Shown: positions 46,123 to 55,030 of the stretch, piece by piece | Layout: each line of letters begins with the position of its first letter | Position numbering within the stretch: the first letter of the stretch is position 1 | Program-made: the position numbers and the translations under genes | The notes under the pieces: generated by a model | Told to the model about the DNA's origin: nothing | What the model saw: only the letters and a program-made list of their open reading frames with translations | Database searches by the model: none | Virus record (IMG/VR): IMGVR_UViG_3300033181_000072 | Span: 4,279-68,278 of that record | Length of the DNA: 64,000 nt | Strand: one strand, 5' to 3' | Origin: a virus

Positions 46123-46775
46123 CGCTGCGTCGCTATTGCATTGGTGGCCATCGTGTCTCTTCGTGCGCGTAGTCTAATTGCCGCACCCGACGATTCTCTT
46201 GCCTGGCGCTGTGCCAGCCTTTTATGGCAACGCCGACACAGCGTGCCATTGACTCCGAACCGCTCCCCGGAAATCCGGACTGGCGACCCAGTCGGGACAT
46301 CCCTGCGGCCATCAGGATCACCGCACACGACGCACGGTGGCCAGGACTTTTTACGGCGGGCTTCGGTCATTCGTGTGACACTGCCGTGTATCCGATCTGG
46401 TCCCTGCGCAGCGTCAAATCGGTAGTGTTCCCGGTGCGTATGAAAGAGCACGAGGTTGGAAAGGTAACTGTGCGTCCGGACTCCATCTCGGTGCCCAATC
46501 TCCTTACCCCGAATCGCCTCTATTCCCCAGACCTTGATCGCGACCAATCGGTGAGTGCGGACCGGGCGTTGCACATCACGACTGTAGGCCAGGTAGACGA
46601 CCGGATAGCCGGTATTCCCAGGTGATCCCTTGAGCCCCCTGCCCCGACGAAGGTTCGTCACGACACCGGTCTCCACGTCCACGTCGTAGTGTCCGTGGTC
46701 CAACATCCAACGGCCATACTCGTCCAGAGTCAGTCGCTGCATGGCTTCCTCATCTGTTCGGAGTGTCATCATCAT
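46119..46775 (-). CDS. HNH homing endonuclease
   Basis: GYPVVYL, RTHRLVA, EIGHRDGVRTHSYLSNL; C-terminal CxxC...CxxC. Confidence 0.8.
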   Translation of the reverse strand: MMMTLRTDEEAMQRLTLDEYGRWMLDHGHYDVDVETGVVTNLRRGRGLKGSPGNTGYPVVYLAYSRDVQRPVRTHRLVAIKVWGIEAIRGKEIGHRDGVRTHSYLSNLVLFHTHREHYRFDAAQGPDRIHGSVTRMTEARRKKSWPPCVVCGDPDGRRDVPTGSPVRISGERFGVNGTLCRRCHKRLAQRQARESSGAAIRLRARRDTMATNAIATQR

Positions 46776-47107
46776 GATCGTTCCTTTCGATTCAACAGAT
46801 CCGACAAGACATCACCGTGGCACGGCTTCCCTTCCCGGCACTTGCCAGTGCGCCGCGAGGTGTAACCCTTACACCAGCAGCAAATGTGTTTTCCGAGCAA
46901 CGGCGCTAACCAGTCGGGCTCGCGCTCTAATCGTTGGACCGCGTAGATCCTGAAGTCGTCGAGCGACAGCCGCGGGTTCTTCCACGGCGTGTCGGGGTAG
47001 GTGACTGGATTGCCGTCAACAAACTGCCGGAACGCCCGGCCGATGTAGACGGCGTCCGGGGGGCGGAGAGAATCATTGACGTGCCAGACGCGTGGACCAT
47101 CGCTCAT
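46772..47107 (-). CDS. DUF4326-family protein
   Basis: VYIGR, WKNP, LLGKHICCWC and PCHGDVL motifs. Confidence 0.8.
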   Translation of the reverse strand: MSDGPRVWHVNDSLRPPDAVYIGRAFRQFVDGNPVTYPDTPWKNPRLSLDDFRIYAVQRLEREPDWLAPLLGKHICCWCKGYTSRRTGKCREGKPCHGDVLSDLLNRKERS

Positions 47108-47147
47108 GACGTCACCCGCCGTGCATGCATCATCGTGGTACCGTCGA

Positions 47148-47720
47148 TTAGTAAGTGGTGTCATCATCGTCTTCGACGTCCAGACCATCCTCGATCTTGG
47201 CATCGTCGAGATCTGACAGTTCGTCGGCAATGCGCACAGTCGGCACAGTCGGCAGTTCCCAGCGGTGTACCGGTTCAGGTTTATTCCCTCGTGCGACGGC
47301 CCGGGCTGCTGCCTCGGACACGGGGGTCAGTCCATACACGCTGGTTGGCGCGTAATACTGCGTGGCTACCCACGCGATGTCGGCTCCGTCAAGGGTCGTT
47401 CCCCGGTAGCGTGGCACGGCATAGCGCAGCCAGCACACCCGTACAAACGGGAGGGAGGCGGGCACAACCCGGAGCAGACGGGGGTCTGTCGTGCAGCCGA
47501 TCTGGACAATGAGCCGTCCATCCGGGCCGACGAGTCGGGGGAAGTGCTGAGCCACATCGTGAAACAGCGCGACAGGATCATCGGTCCACTCGGCCGTCGG
47601 AGTTGCACCCGGCCAGGGCGGATCGGTCACCATCGCGTCGGCGTGGTCGATATGCGGCAGGAGCTCGCGACTATCGCCCCAGTATAGAGTGACGGTATCG
47701 GACTGGTAGTAGGGCCTCAC
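47148..47720 (-). pseudogene. Truncated N6A/N4C DNA methyltransferase fused to an unrelated phage-protein C-terminus
   Basis: LYWGDSRELL and VTDPPW (motif IV) present; SAM-binding FxGxG motif absent; C-terminal half unrelated. Confidence 0.6.
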
Positions 47721-47953
47721 CGCATCGCCTCCTCGAACAATGCCCGCTGCCGTGCTCTCTGCACACCGGCCGTTGCTGCCCCCACGTCAATTTGACCAGG
47801 CCGCACGAGATCCGGCGCAGGTGGCTGGTGCGCTCGCCAGTTGTCCCACGTGCGACAGGCGTCGTTGATGCAGAGCGCGATAAACTGCTCCTTGCTCTGG
47901 CCAGGATGCGGCTGGCGTTGTGCCGGTACATCAGCGATCCAGAGCGTGGTCAT
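47717..47953 (-). CDS. Small hypothetical protein
   Basis: 4-nt overlaps on both sides. Confidence 0.45.
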   Translation of the reverse strand: MTTLWIADVPAQRQPHPGQSKEQFIALCINDACRTWDNWRAHQPPAPDLVRPGQIDVGAATAGVQRARQRALFEEAMR

Positions 47954-48690
47954 TCACCGACCATCCGAAGACGCGGCGTCTCGGCATGCCGCGCAATCAG
48001 TCGTTGCCGTTCCTGTTCCGGCAGCTCCCGCCAGCACGGAAGCGCTTCAAGTGCGGCCGACGCCCGGCGATGCATCGGCAGTGCGTCCGCGCGTGCTCGT
48101 AGTGCCGCTTCTCCCTCCTCCGCCCACTGCTGGTACCCAATCGCCCATTCCCGCTCGAATGTTGGTGACAGGACAGGTCTTGCCATTCCCGGTACCGGTC
48201 GGTCCGATGTCGGCAACGTACTGCGTTCCCGGGCCGTTGCGATGGTCTCGGTAAGATCGCGTCCGAGCAACTGCTGTCGGTACGCTTCGTACGCCTTGCT
48301 GAACTGCGACCGCAACACACCAATCGTGTCGATATCCCAATCGCAGATCGTCACCCACCCCAGGGACGTGACCGCGTGTGCCGTCACCGGGTTCGTGAAC
48401 TCGGGTATGCCGTAGCGACCAACGCACTTGAGTTGCTGTCGGACTTCTTCCCACGCCACCTCGGGTGGCCCGATGCCAAGGGCTTCGTCCAGCGCCAGGG
48501 AGCGCACCTCAGCAACAGCCGGGAAGAACGTCGCCGTGCGTACTGCCCGCTTGGCTGCATTGAATACGGCCTGGGGCGGCAGGTCACCCAGTCCAGCTGC
48601 GAAGGCCGTCACGGTCTCAGCTTCGATCGTTTTGTCTGGCCAGGCTGCTTTGAGCAGGGTGAGCACCTGTGCGATGCCTTGCTCGGTCAC
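47950..48690 (-). CDS. Helicase loader/inhibitor-like replication protein (G39P-like)
   Basis: AQVLTLLKAAWP...DLP...FFPAVAEVR motif; follows initiator. Confidence 0.65.
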   Translation of the reverse strand: MTEQGIAQVLTLLKAAWPDKTIEAETVTAFAAGLGDLPPQAVFNAAKRAVRTATFFPAVAEVRSLALDEALGIGPPEVAWEEVRQQLKCVGRYGIPEFTNPVTAHAVTSLGWVTICDWDIDTIGVLRSQFSKAYEAYRQQLLGRDLTETIATARERSTLPTSDRPVPGMARPVLSPTFEREWAIGYQQWAEEGEAALRARADALPMHRRASAALEALPCWRELPEQERQRLIARHAETPRLRMVGE

Positions 48691-49736
48691 GTTGAACCTC
48701 CCATCCGTGCTAATTCTTGAATCGACAAACCGCGCCCGCTGCGTCCTGGGCTGGCTCGCGCTGGCTGCTTTGATGTCACGCCGTGCTTCCAGGCTTCGTA
48801 GGCCGGAATGCGCTGGCAGATTGTGGTCAACGAGAGATTTGAGAGCATCCACGCGTCGCCCCAGTCGCCAGTTGCGGCTGCCACGTATGCCTCCGCGATC
48901 AGCGCTGGCTCAGCGGAACAGCTTTTGACCGCCGCAGCGTCTCGGGAGGTGTGGTGCAGCGTGATGCCAGCATTTGCCACGGCGTCGAGCACGTCCTGAA
49001 AGCGAGAGGGCTTGCGAATGGGCAACACCGACGGGCGGTCGCTTGGTGCGGGGGGTGGCGCGGCAGTGGGGGGCGTCTTACGGTCCTGCTCTGACGCTGG
49101 TTTTTGTGCTTTGCCCGGTACTGGCTCGTTTTGGAGCGGTGTTTCCTCGACGGACGGTGCGGGACGTTGTGGCGTTTCTGCGGGCGCCGCCGCAGGCGGA
49201 ACGTCCTCCACCGTAGGTGGTACAGGTTCACAGTAGACGGTAGACGGTTTAACGGTTAACGGTAGACGGTTAACGGTTAAGGGTCGTACAAGTACGGTAC
49301 TTGTATGAGAGTCGTCTGGTACAAGTACCGTACTTGTACCAGACGACTCTGGATGCGATTGCGCTATACTCTCGTCATCGTCAGACGTCGTCGGTGGCAC
49401 CTGCACGTACCCCTCGGGTGCAGGAATGGTACTGGCCTTCTCATTTTTGTTTGGATACTGGTGGCGAGTAAAGTTGGTGACCTGGATATACCGTACGTCT
49501 CCTGCCGCATAGCGAATGATGAACCCGCGCTGGCTGAGCTCTGTCAGCAATCGATCTATGTCCGTGTCATCATAGGGAAGGATCTCTGCCTTGATCCGTC
49601 GCTGCCGTTCCTCTAAACGACCAGCGCGATCTGCGATGCACCACAATCCCTGGAAGAGCAGACGTCCCAGGGGTTCGACTTCTGCGAGGCTATCGTTCGT
49701 GAAAAATCCCGGCTTCAGCGAGCGAGTACGCGCCAT
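48687..49736 (-). CDS. Phage replication initiator / replisome organiser
   Basis: MARTRSLKPGFFTND...RLLFQGLWCIADRAGRL wHTH; contains iteron-like repeats. Confidence 0.85.
   Translation of the reverse strand: MARTRSLKPGFFTNDSLAEVEPLGRLLFQGLWCIADRAGRLEERQRRIKAEILPYDDTDIDRLLTELSQRGFIIRYAAGDVRYIQVTNFTRHQYPNKNEKASTIPAPEGYVQVPPTTSDDDESIAQSHPESSGTSTVLVPDDSHTSTVLVRPLTVNRLPLTVKPSTVYCEPVPPTVEDVPPAAAPAETPQRPAPSVEETPLQNEPVPGKAQKPASEQDRKTPPTAAPPPAPSDRPSVLPIRKPSRFQDVLDAVANAGITLHHTSRDAAAVKSCSAEPALIAEAYVAAATGDWGDAWMLSNLSLTTICQRIPAYEAWKHGVTSKQPARASPGRSGRGLSIQELARMGGST
49233..49350. repeat. Candidate phage replication origin inside initiator gene
   Basis: Seven GTWRACG-type units (49233-49280), TACAAGTAC-G-GTACTTGTA (49287-49305) and a 43-bp palindrome with 21-bp arms (49308-49350). 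Confidence 0.7.
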
Positions 49737-49977
49737 TAGTGTGGCCCTCGCCGACAGGACATGTTTGCCGTGTCACCTATTGAGCAGAATTTACCCCAGC
49801 CGTAGCGATGCTCGGACGGTGTCAACTCGAACGAAGCGCCGCACTGCGTACATACGTGTGCCACACGTCTCTTCGGCATGGGCATCTATATAAACTCCTG
49901 CATAAAACGGTTCACGTCTGGGTCTGCGGACTTCAGTAAGTGCTGGGGCGCATCTGCCTGCCATGCCTTCACGATCG

Positions 49978-50415
49978 TCAACATCCGTCCTTCGTTCCTT
50001 CATTCATTGCTGTCATGACGCCACGCCCTTCGCGTCTCCATCGGTCTGGACCCAGTGTGAATGATTCCCACAACCCTGCGTGGGTGAACGTGAAGCACGT
50101 CCAGGTCGGACCATCGCCTTCCAGCGTCCAGAACTCGTAGCGCGGCAGCGCAGGATGCGGCAAGAGCTCGACCGCACGTCTCCACTTTGGATCAGGTCGT
50201 GTGCCCGCGGTGGCCTTCACCTGCACGAGTTTCGCGTCATGGGTGCCGAGCGCGAGCAGGTCAAACAGGCCAAAGATGTCCCGACCGTAGGGGATACGTT
50301 CGCCGTTGGCATCCACTTCAGCAGCGTGGCCCGCCAGATGCACGACGTAGCCCATCAGGCGCAGCTCCCGCGCGGCCAGTTCCTCGACATCGCGCCCGAG
50401 AGCAAAGGTGCTCAT
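49978..50415 (-). CDS. PD-(D/E)xK nuclease, Hjc-like resolvase
   Basis: GRDVEELAA...LFDLLAL...LVQVK motif. Confidence 0.7.
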   Translation of the reverse strand: MSTFALGRDVEELAARELRLMGYVVHLAGHAAEVDANGERIPYGRDIFGLFDLLALGTHDAKLVQVKATAGTRPDPKWRRAVELLPHPALPRYEFWTLEGDGPTWTCFTFTHAGLWESFTLGPDRWRREGRGVMTAMNEGTKDGC

Positions 50416-51287
50416 TCGGTGCCGTTGCCGTCGGGGAATTGGTCCCACGTGCGGCCGTCGAGCAGCCGATCTTGACCGGACCGGAACGCATTGCCCTGCT
50501 TGTGGAAGTAGGCGACTCCCTTGTCCTGGCACTGGTCGCGGATGTCGCGAAACCAGTCAGGATCAGCCGGGCGCCGACGTGGCCCGGACTCACCACCGGT
50601 GATGACCCAATCGATACCGGTCAGGTTCATGTTCACCAGTGGTCCGAGGAGCGGTTCACACGACAAAAAGCGCACGGCTGCGGGGATCGTCCGCAGCACA
50701 TCGATCCGTGAGGTGTACGCCTGGCTCTCCACGCTGGTGCCGATCCAGATGTTGGGGCGCGGCCACAGCCACCAGAGCGACACGTCTGGCGTGGGCCGAG
50801 AGAAGCGCCGCAGGTGTTGATCCTGGGGATGGCGCTCAGCCAGGCCCTCCATAGCACCGTAGACACCGTGCGGCGTACAGGTCGTGAGGAAGTCTGCCAG
50901 CCGCTGTGGGCGCTTCGTCAGCACCTGAAACGTGTGACTGGGGCACATGGCCATCACCCCGAAGATCTGCCGCAATTGCGCGTCGGTGACCTGCTCATGG
51001 GCGATATCGGTCATGGAGCAGACGAAGATCTTCCGCGCTCCACCCCAGTGCAACGGTTTGAGCAGTGCCTTGTCGTCTAGCCGCAGCGTGTCGACCCCCA
51101 CCACGTAGCGTGGTCCCCCATAGCGGACGTTGAGCGCCTCGGCATAACATGAGGCGCATCCCGGACTGATACGGGTACATGTCCAGTTACCGACCGTGCC
51201 CCGGAGCGGGTTCCACGTTGCACCTGGTGTCGTTGTGCCATCGGGATGATGCGTGTGTGTCCACTCAATCGACGTCTTCTCAGCCAC
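50412..51287 (-). CDS. Phage Gp37/Gp68 (DUF5131) radical-SAM-like protein
   Basis: TSIEWT, CTRISPGCASCYA, FVCSMTD, LTKRP, FLSCEPLLG and WVITGGESG. Confidence 0.9.
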   Translation of the reverse strand: MAEKTSIEWTHTHHPDGTTTPGATWNPLRGTVGNWTCTRISPGCASCYAEALNVRYGGPRYVVGVDTLRLDDKALLKPLHWGGARKIFVCSMTDIAHEQVTDAQLRQIFGVMAMCPSHTFQVLTKRPQRLADFLTTCTPHGVYGAMEGLAERHPQDQHLRRFSRPTPDVSLWWLWPRPNIWIGTSVESQAYTSRIDVLRTIPAAVRFLSCEPLLGPLVNMNLTGIDWVITGGESGPRRRPADPDWFRDIRDQCQDKGVAYFHKQGNAFRSGQDRLLDGRTWDQFPDGNGTE

Positions 51288-52104
51288 CGCCCCACCCCCA
51301 GCGGAGGACGGTGTATGCGGGGTAGCGCACTCCCCAGTCCCACGCCTGATCGCACCTTGGTACCCAGAGATCCAGGGTATAGGGCGCACTCCCCCGATCT
51401 TCGACAATCACGTCGCCCCATCCTTCGACACGAACAATGGAACCGAGCGGCAGCCACCACGCGCCACCGGCAGCCCCGAGATGTGTCCAATTGCCATCGG
51501 CCATATACCCGTGATCGCAAAACGCGGTAATTCTCCCGTCATCTGCCAGTGCTGGCCTCGCGGTCGGGAGAAGCAGTGCGAGTGCTGCCAGTATCGCGAC
51601 AGCCACGTGTTTCCAATGGGTGCGGTTACTTATCATCGCCACCGCAGATCGGCTTACGCCATACGATGCCGCGATGTCTTTCTGCCGCTCCCCGGCTTCG
51701 AGTCTGACAAGGATGTCCCGAACGTTGTCTTCGGTGAGCCTTGCCCCGGGCAAGGCGGACCCGCGCGGCATCCTTCCCTTTTGGACCTTGTCCAAGGCAT
51801 TGTCGGTTCGTGTCCCGAGAAATAGGTGCTCGACATTGATGCACCGTGGGTTGTCGCAACGATGGAGGATGCAGCCACCGGGAGGAATCTCGCCGTTCAC
51901 CTGTTGCCAAGCCACCCGATGGGCATACGACAACTTGTGACGAATGTTGATGACCCCGTACCCGTTTTCGTTGACGTACCCCGTCCATTCGATGCATCCG
52001 GACGGTACAGCCGTACCCTGAGCGGCTATGCGTTCCCGGATCTCATGCGGCGTGGCCGGTGGTTGTTTTACGTATTGACCATACTCATCTCGTATTAGCT
52101 GCAT
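51280..52104 (-). CDS. HNH endonuclease fused in-frame to a signal peptide and 3D (MltA-like) domain
   Basis: GCIEWTG, AHRVAW, HRCDNPRCINVEHL; then VAILAALALLLP..ALA/DD; GSIVRVEGWG...VEDRG...LDLW (3D). Confidence 0.8.
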   Translation of the reverse strand: MQLIRDEYGQYVKQPPATPHEIRERIAAQGTAVPSGCIEWTGYVNENGYGVINIRHKLSYAHRVAWQQVNGEIPPGGCILHRCDNPRCINVEHLFLGTRTDNALDKVQKGRMPRGSALPGARLTEDNVRDILVRLEAGERQKDIAASYGVSRSAVAMISNRTHWKHVAVAILAALALLLPTARPALADDGRITAFCDHGYMADGNWTHLGAAGGAWWLPLGSIVRVEGWGDVIVEDRGSAPYTLDLWVPRCDQAWDWGVRYPAYTVLRWGWGGG

Positions 52105-52211
52105 TGATGATTCCCTCCGTTGTGAGACGCGGTCACTCTGCCATCGTCAGCATGTGCGGGCGTGGGCACCAGTAGACCAACAAGGCACAGTGCGGTGAGT
52201 AGCTTCCTCAT
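52095..52211 (-). pseudogene. Orphaned original N-terminus (signal peptide) of the 3D-domain gene
   Basis: MRKLLTALCLVGLLVPTPAHADDGRVTA matches ALADDGRITAF inside 51280-52104. Confidence 0.8.
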
Positions 52212-52255
52212 GGTTCACTGGCCTCGGCTGCCCGTGCCCGCTGTACCCACTGCTC

Positions 52256-52534
52256 GTGCCCCAGCCGAGCTTCCTGGCGTGTCGTGTAACGTTCCTGGCT
52301 GTCGGACAATGGACCGCCGAACACCATGGTCTCGTAGAGGATGGGCGCACCGTTACCATCAAATCTGTGGTCGATCGAGAGAAAGACGGTGGACACATGC
52401 ACGTCGTCGGTGAGTTCCGTGTAGCAGGTCATCCGTGCGATGTCACTCTGCGCCGTCTCGAACCACTGCGACCATGTCGCAAAGTCTGCCAGCACGGGGT
52501 GCTTCTTGTCGTCAAGGATGTAATACATGGTCAT
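52256..52534 (-). CDS. Hypothetical phage protein
   Basis: VSTVFLSIDH...LYETMVFGG...RYTT pattern seen in phage early genes. Confidence 0.55.
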
Positions 52535-52625
52535 CGGACCAGCCCTGACCGCACCATGCAGCGGTCGCACAACAATCCTGGTCGCACCAGCCGGGGCATA
52601 GCCGTCCAGCCGCATCGTGTCGGCA

Positions 52626-53522
52626 TCAAATGGCCTCCCATGTCACTTCGCCAGTCTGGTGCGACACAATGGATGTGCCATCGCCGGAGATTTCCTCGCC
52701 ATTGAGCGCTGCCTGATAGAGCCGTTGCATCTGATCCGCCGTCAGCGTCTTACCGCTGTCCATGCCAAACCGCAACTTGATGTAGCGCCTGGCCCAATCC
52801 TGCACACTCTTCTCCTCAGCGCCCTGGCTCTTCCAGGCTTCGAGGATGTCCTTCCACCCGATGTCGTTGCCTTGTGCCCCATTGGCAGGTTTCGGCGGTG
52901 GTGGCGGCACCACACTGAGTTTTGCGGGAGCCGGTGGAGTGGGAGCGGGAGCATTGCGGGGACCAGTCGGGCGAGGCGCTTGTTGCTGTTGGGGAGGTCG
53001 TGCCTGCGTTGCCGGAGGCGTCTGGGTAGCCCCGGTCCCGAGCATGTCCGCCTTGTCATACAGAGAATTTCCAAAGGCGTTGCCGAACGTCCTGGCACAG
53101 CGCTTGAGACCATCGGACACCGCCTCTTTCGCTGCTTTTTCGAACGACTCGGGCCGTGCGCTGTCGGGTCCATTCGTCCGACTATAGGAGACGATCCCAA
53201 AACCGACGTCTTCACGATCGACGCGCTCGCTCGTGGCAGACCATATCCACAAGTGGACATCTGCCTCGTACCAGAGCGCGTCCCCTTCGCGGCACCGCTG
53301 GCGTGATTTGACCGCGTATCCCCAGCGCCCGAAACCGAAGATCTCATTGAGCATATCGATGACGTCGTGGGACTCCACGTACGACAGCATCTTGCCGCCG
53401 CCGCTGTCGTCGCCGTATCCCTTGCGTTGCTTGACGCGGGCCGCGTCAAGGGGCTTTTTCAAGCGCTCCACCTGGGCTTCCGTGAAGATGTCGATGTCCC
53501 TGGCCGTACTTTGCACTACCAC
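52626..53522 (-). CDS. Rad52/Rad22-family single-strand annealing recombinase (Sak-like)
   Basis: LSYVESHDVIDMLNEIFGFGRW, EDVGFG and AAKEAVSDGLKRCARTFGNAFGNSLYD. Confidence 0.92.
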   Translation of the reverse strand: MVVQSTARDIDIFTEAQVERLKKPLDAARVKQRKGYGDDSGGGKMLSYVESHDVIDMLNEIFGFGRWGYAVKSRQRCREGDALWYEADVHLWIWSATSERVDREDVGFGIVSYSRTNGPDSARPESFEKAAKEAVSDGLKRCARTFGNAFGNSLYDKADMLGTGATQTPPATQARPPQQQQAPRPTGPRNAPAPTPPAPAKLSVVPPPPPKPANGAQGNDIGWKDILEAWKSQGAEEKSVQDWARRYIKLRFGMDSGKTLTADQMQRLYQAALNGEEISGDGTSIVSHQTGEVTWEAI

Positions 53523-53652
53523 GGCTGTATCCCTCCTATCCCGAACGCGAGTACCAGAGCGCTGTACGCGAGCCAGAGCGCGTAGACGACGAGCATGGCG
53601 GACACGGCGATGCCGATGAGATTGAGTGCGACTGATTCGTGTTCGCTCATGC

Positions 53653-53916
53653 TCATCCCTTCTTGTAGTCACGGAACATCTGGAGCATCAATGCCGTTTG
53701 CTCTGGCGTGGCGCTGATGGCAGACTGCAACCACTCGACAAGAAAAGCGTCCGCCTCGGCTGATGCCGCGCAGTCGTAGAGCATGCTCGCCATCTCTCTT
53801 GCCTTGCTGGGTGTGATGGTGATCATGTGCTCCCCGATTACGACCGTGACCAGCGGTTGTCTGGTCTTAGCGCCGTAGACGGATCGGACCTCGAAGCGTT
53901 CGTCAATATGACTCAT
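53653..53916 (-). CDS. Hypothetical phage protein
   Basis: 87-aa coupled ORF. Confidence 0.5.
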   Translation of the reverse strand: MSHIDERFEVRSVYGAKTRQPLVTVVIGEHMITITPSKAREMASMLYDCAASAEADAFLVEWLQSAISATPEQTALMLQMFRDYKKG

Positions 53917-54134
53917 GGCCACACCATCGGCGCGATGTGTCGTACCAGCCAGGTGAGCACCCACGCATCTATCCAGAGTTGGGTGGCGGCGATCATCGCG
54001 ATAACGAGGACCGCCCATCGTGGCGACCTGGTGGCGCCTGTTTGCCGTTCTCGGTTGCGAAAGCGCCGCGGCATGCGGTCCCTCTCCCATTCCTCAGCAA
54101 CCAGGGGTGGGTTCGTGCGGATGATGTGATTCAT
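53913..54134 (-). CDS. Small membrane protein
   Basis: C-terminal TM segment. Confidence 0.4.
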   Translation of the reverse strand: MNHIIRTNPPLVAEEWERDRMPRRFRNRERQTGATRSPRWAVLVIAMIAATQLWIDAWVLTWLVRHIAPMVWP

Positions 54135-54328
54135 GCGCGTTGCCCGTCTTTTTCGGTGAATGCGTGCAGGTCGGCGAGAGCTTCCGCAAGCAGATCCTCA
54201 ATGAGCCCGACGTCTGAGTTGGTGGTCGGCATCCGGCCTTTTCGGCCGATGCGTAACATCTGCATCAGGCGCAGCACGCGTTTCTCGCACGCGGTGCGCC
54301 GCTCGATGGTGGTGTCGATGTATTTCAT
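54131..54328 (-). CDS. Small hypothetical protein
   Basis: ATGA-coupled. Confidence 0.4.
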   Translation of the reverse strand: MKYIDTTIERRTACEKRVLRLMQMLRIGRKGRMPTTNSDVGLIEDLLAEALADLHAFTEKDGQRA

Positions 54329-54615
54329 CGCAGCACCTCGCCGGTCGCCATGTCGTAGCTCCGCTCAGGCGTCGTGGTCAGCGTCGAGCGCACGCCACTG
54401 AACTCCATTGCCGACTGACGCGGCATCGCATCGCCGAGTTTGATGAACTCGGCTTTTGCGAGCTTCATCCCTTCCTCCAGTTCGCCGAGGTGGAAGTCGA
54501 TGAACTCCTGGGAGCTGTCGTAGATCGTGTGCGTCTTGGTGCCACCCAGCGCGGAGTTTGCCCGGTCCTTGAGAATCGTGATCGCTGCTTTGAGGTCGTG
54601 CAGTTCGTCTTCCAT
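54325..54615 (-). CDS. Small hypothetical protein
   Basis: Coupled early ORF. Confidence 0.45.
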   Translation of the reverse strand: MEDELHDLKAAITILKDRANSALGGTKTHTIYDSSQEFIDFHLGELEEGMKLAKAEFIKLGDAMPRQSAMEFSGVRSTLTTTPERSYDMATGEVLR

Positions 54616-54812
54616 CAGTGCTCGATCTTCTCCAAACGTTCAATCGCTACCAATGCGGGTGCAGGGATGCCGCTCTCGTGTGACCACAGCCCGCTTGCCT
54701 GGACGTGCTCGCGCTCGTCATCGGCGACATAGATCGTGTCGAGCATACCGACCAGTCCAGGTGTGCTCTTACTGCGGACGTGGTCGCCGGGGTGCAGGTT
54801 CGGGCACATCAC
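54615..54812 (-). CDS. Small SH3-like hypothetical protein
   Basis: LHPGDHVRSK...G pattern. Confidence 0.4.
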   Translation of the reverse strand: MMCPNLHPGDHVRSKSTPGLVGMLDTIYVADDEREHVQASGLWSHESGIPAPALVAIERLEKIEH

Positions 54813-55030
54813 TCCTGCCCCTCTCCAGCGGCACGCTTGCAGCGCAGGCAGGGGAAGCCGTTGGCTGGGCACTCGTCGAACACCCGCGCCCAGCGTCCTC
54901 TTGGGGGAGTCTGGCCACACAGAGAACGCCGTGTGGCGGGATCGTCGGGGAACAGTGGCGTCGCAGCGGGGACCAAATGCCAGTGATTGACTCCGACAAT
55001 GGCAACGACGCGGTACAGACGAGCGCTCAT
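54809..55030 (-). CDS. Small Cys/His hypothetical protein
   Basis: HWH...SLCG...CLRC; overlaps neighbours by 4 nt. Confidence 0.4.
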   Translation of the reverse strand: MSARLYRVVAIVGVNHWHLVPAATPLFPDDPATRRSLCGQTPPRGRWARVFDECPANGFPCLRCKRAAGEGQE

